DNA from: Azolla caroliniana
Lineage: Eukaryota > Plantae > Polypodiophyta
NCBI GenBank assembly: GCA_043228905.1
Contig: JBHGNT010000001.1
Coordinates: 35,588,001-35,652,000, forward strand
DNA length: 64,000 bases
Direction of reading: 5' to 3'
Below are positions 63,819-64,000 of the stretch, one piece after another. The notes under the pieces were generated by a model. That model was not told where the DNA came from. It made no database searches and worked only from the letters and a program-made list of their open reading frames with translations. Both the position numbers and the translations under genes were made by a program. Within the stretch, counting starts at the first letter, position 1, and every line of letters starts with the position of its first letter.

Positions 63819-64000
63819 GTAAAGGTTTCTTTCCTGGAATGATATAGAAATATTTATTGTTGGATACACTCTGCTTGCAGTGAGAGCATGCCATATTTTT
63901 GCTGATATAGTACTCATTATGAAATTAAAGATTACAACCTACCCAGTCATTTATCTCATCACAGTAGAGAAATCATCCCACACTGCCCATTTCTAAAAGT

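Overview
Eukaryotic land-plant nuclear DNA, not prokaryotic. A fern or other seed-free vascular plant is my inference from the PLS-PPR style, intron sizes and LINE load. Most short ORFs in the track are artefacts of introns or antisense frames. I rebuilt nine genes by hand from splice sites and reading frames: the 3' half of coatomer gamma (+), a J-domain/DUF3444 protein (-), a PLS-E PPR protein without DYW (-), a 15-exon RlmD/TrmA-type m5U RNA methyltransferase (-), an intronless uncharacterised 3-TM protein (+), a UDP-glycosyltransferase (+), a polyQ-rich TAF12 (+), a class-3 lipase (-) and the 5' part of topoisomerase III alpha (+). Introns and intergenic regions hold decayed LINEs, a Ty3/Gypsy RT remnant, a solo LTR with a 5-bp TSD, a hAT MITE with an 8-bp TSD whose empty site is visible in a sister copy, and many local duplications. 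The most unusual signals are regulatory. TOP3A has an in-frame, presequence-like uORF that stops two codons before its start, plus two GC-AG introns. A (GA)39 tract occupies the branch-point zone of a TAF12 histone-fold exon. A transit-peptide-like ORF lies one base out of frame with the PPR gene. I see no clear multi-gene novel system.
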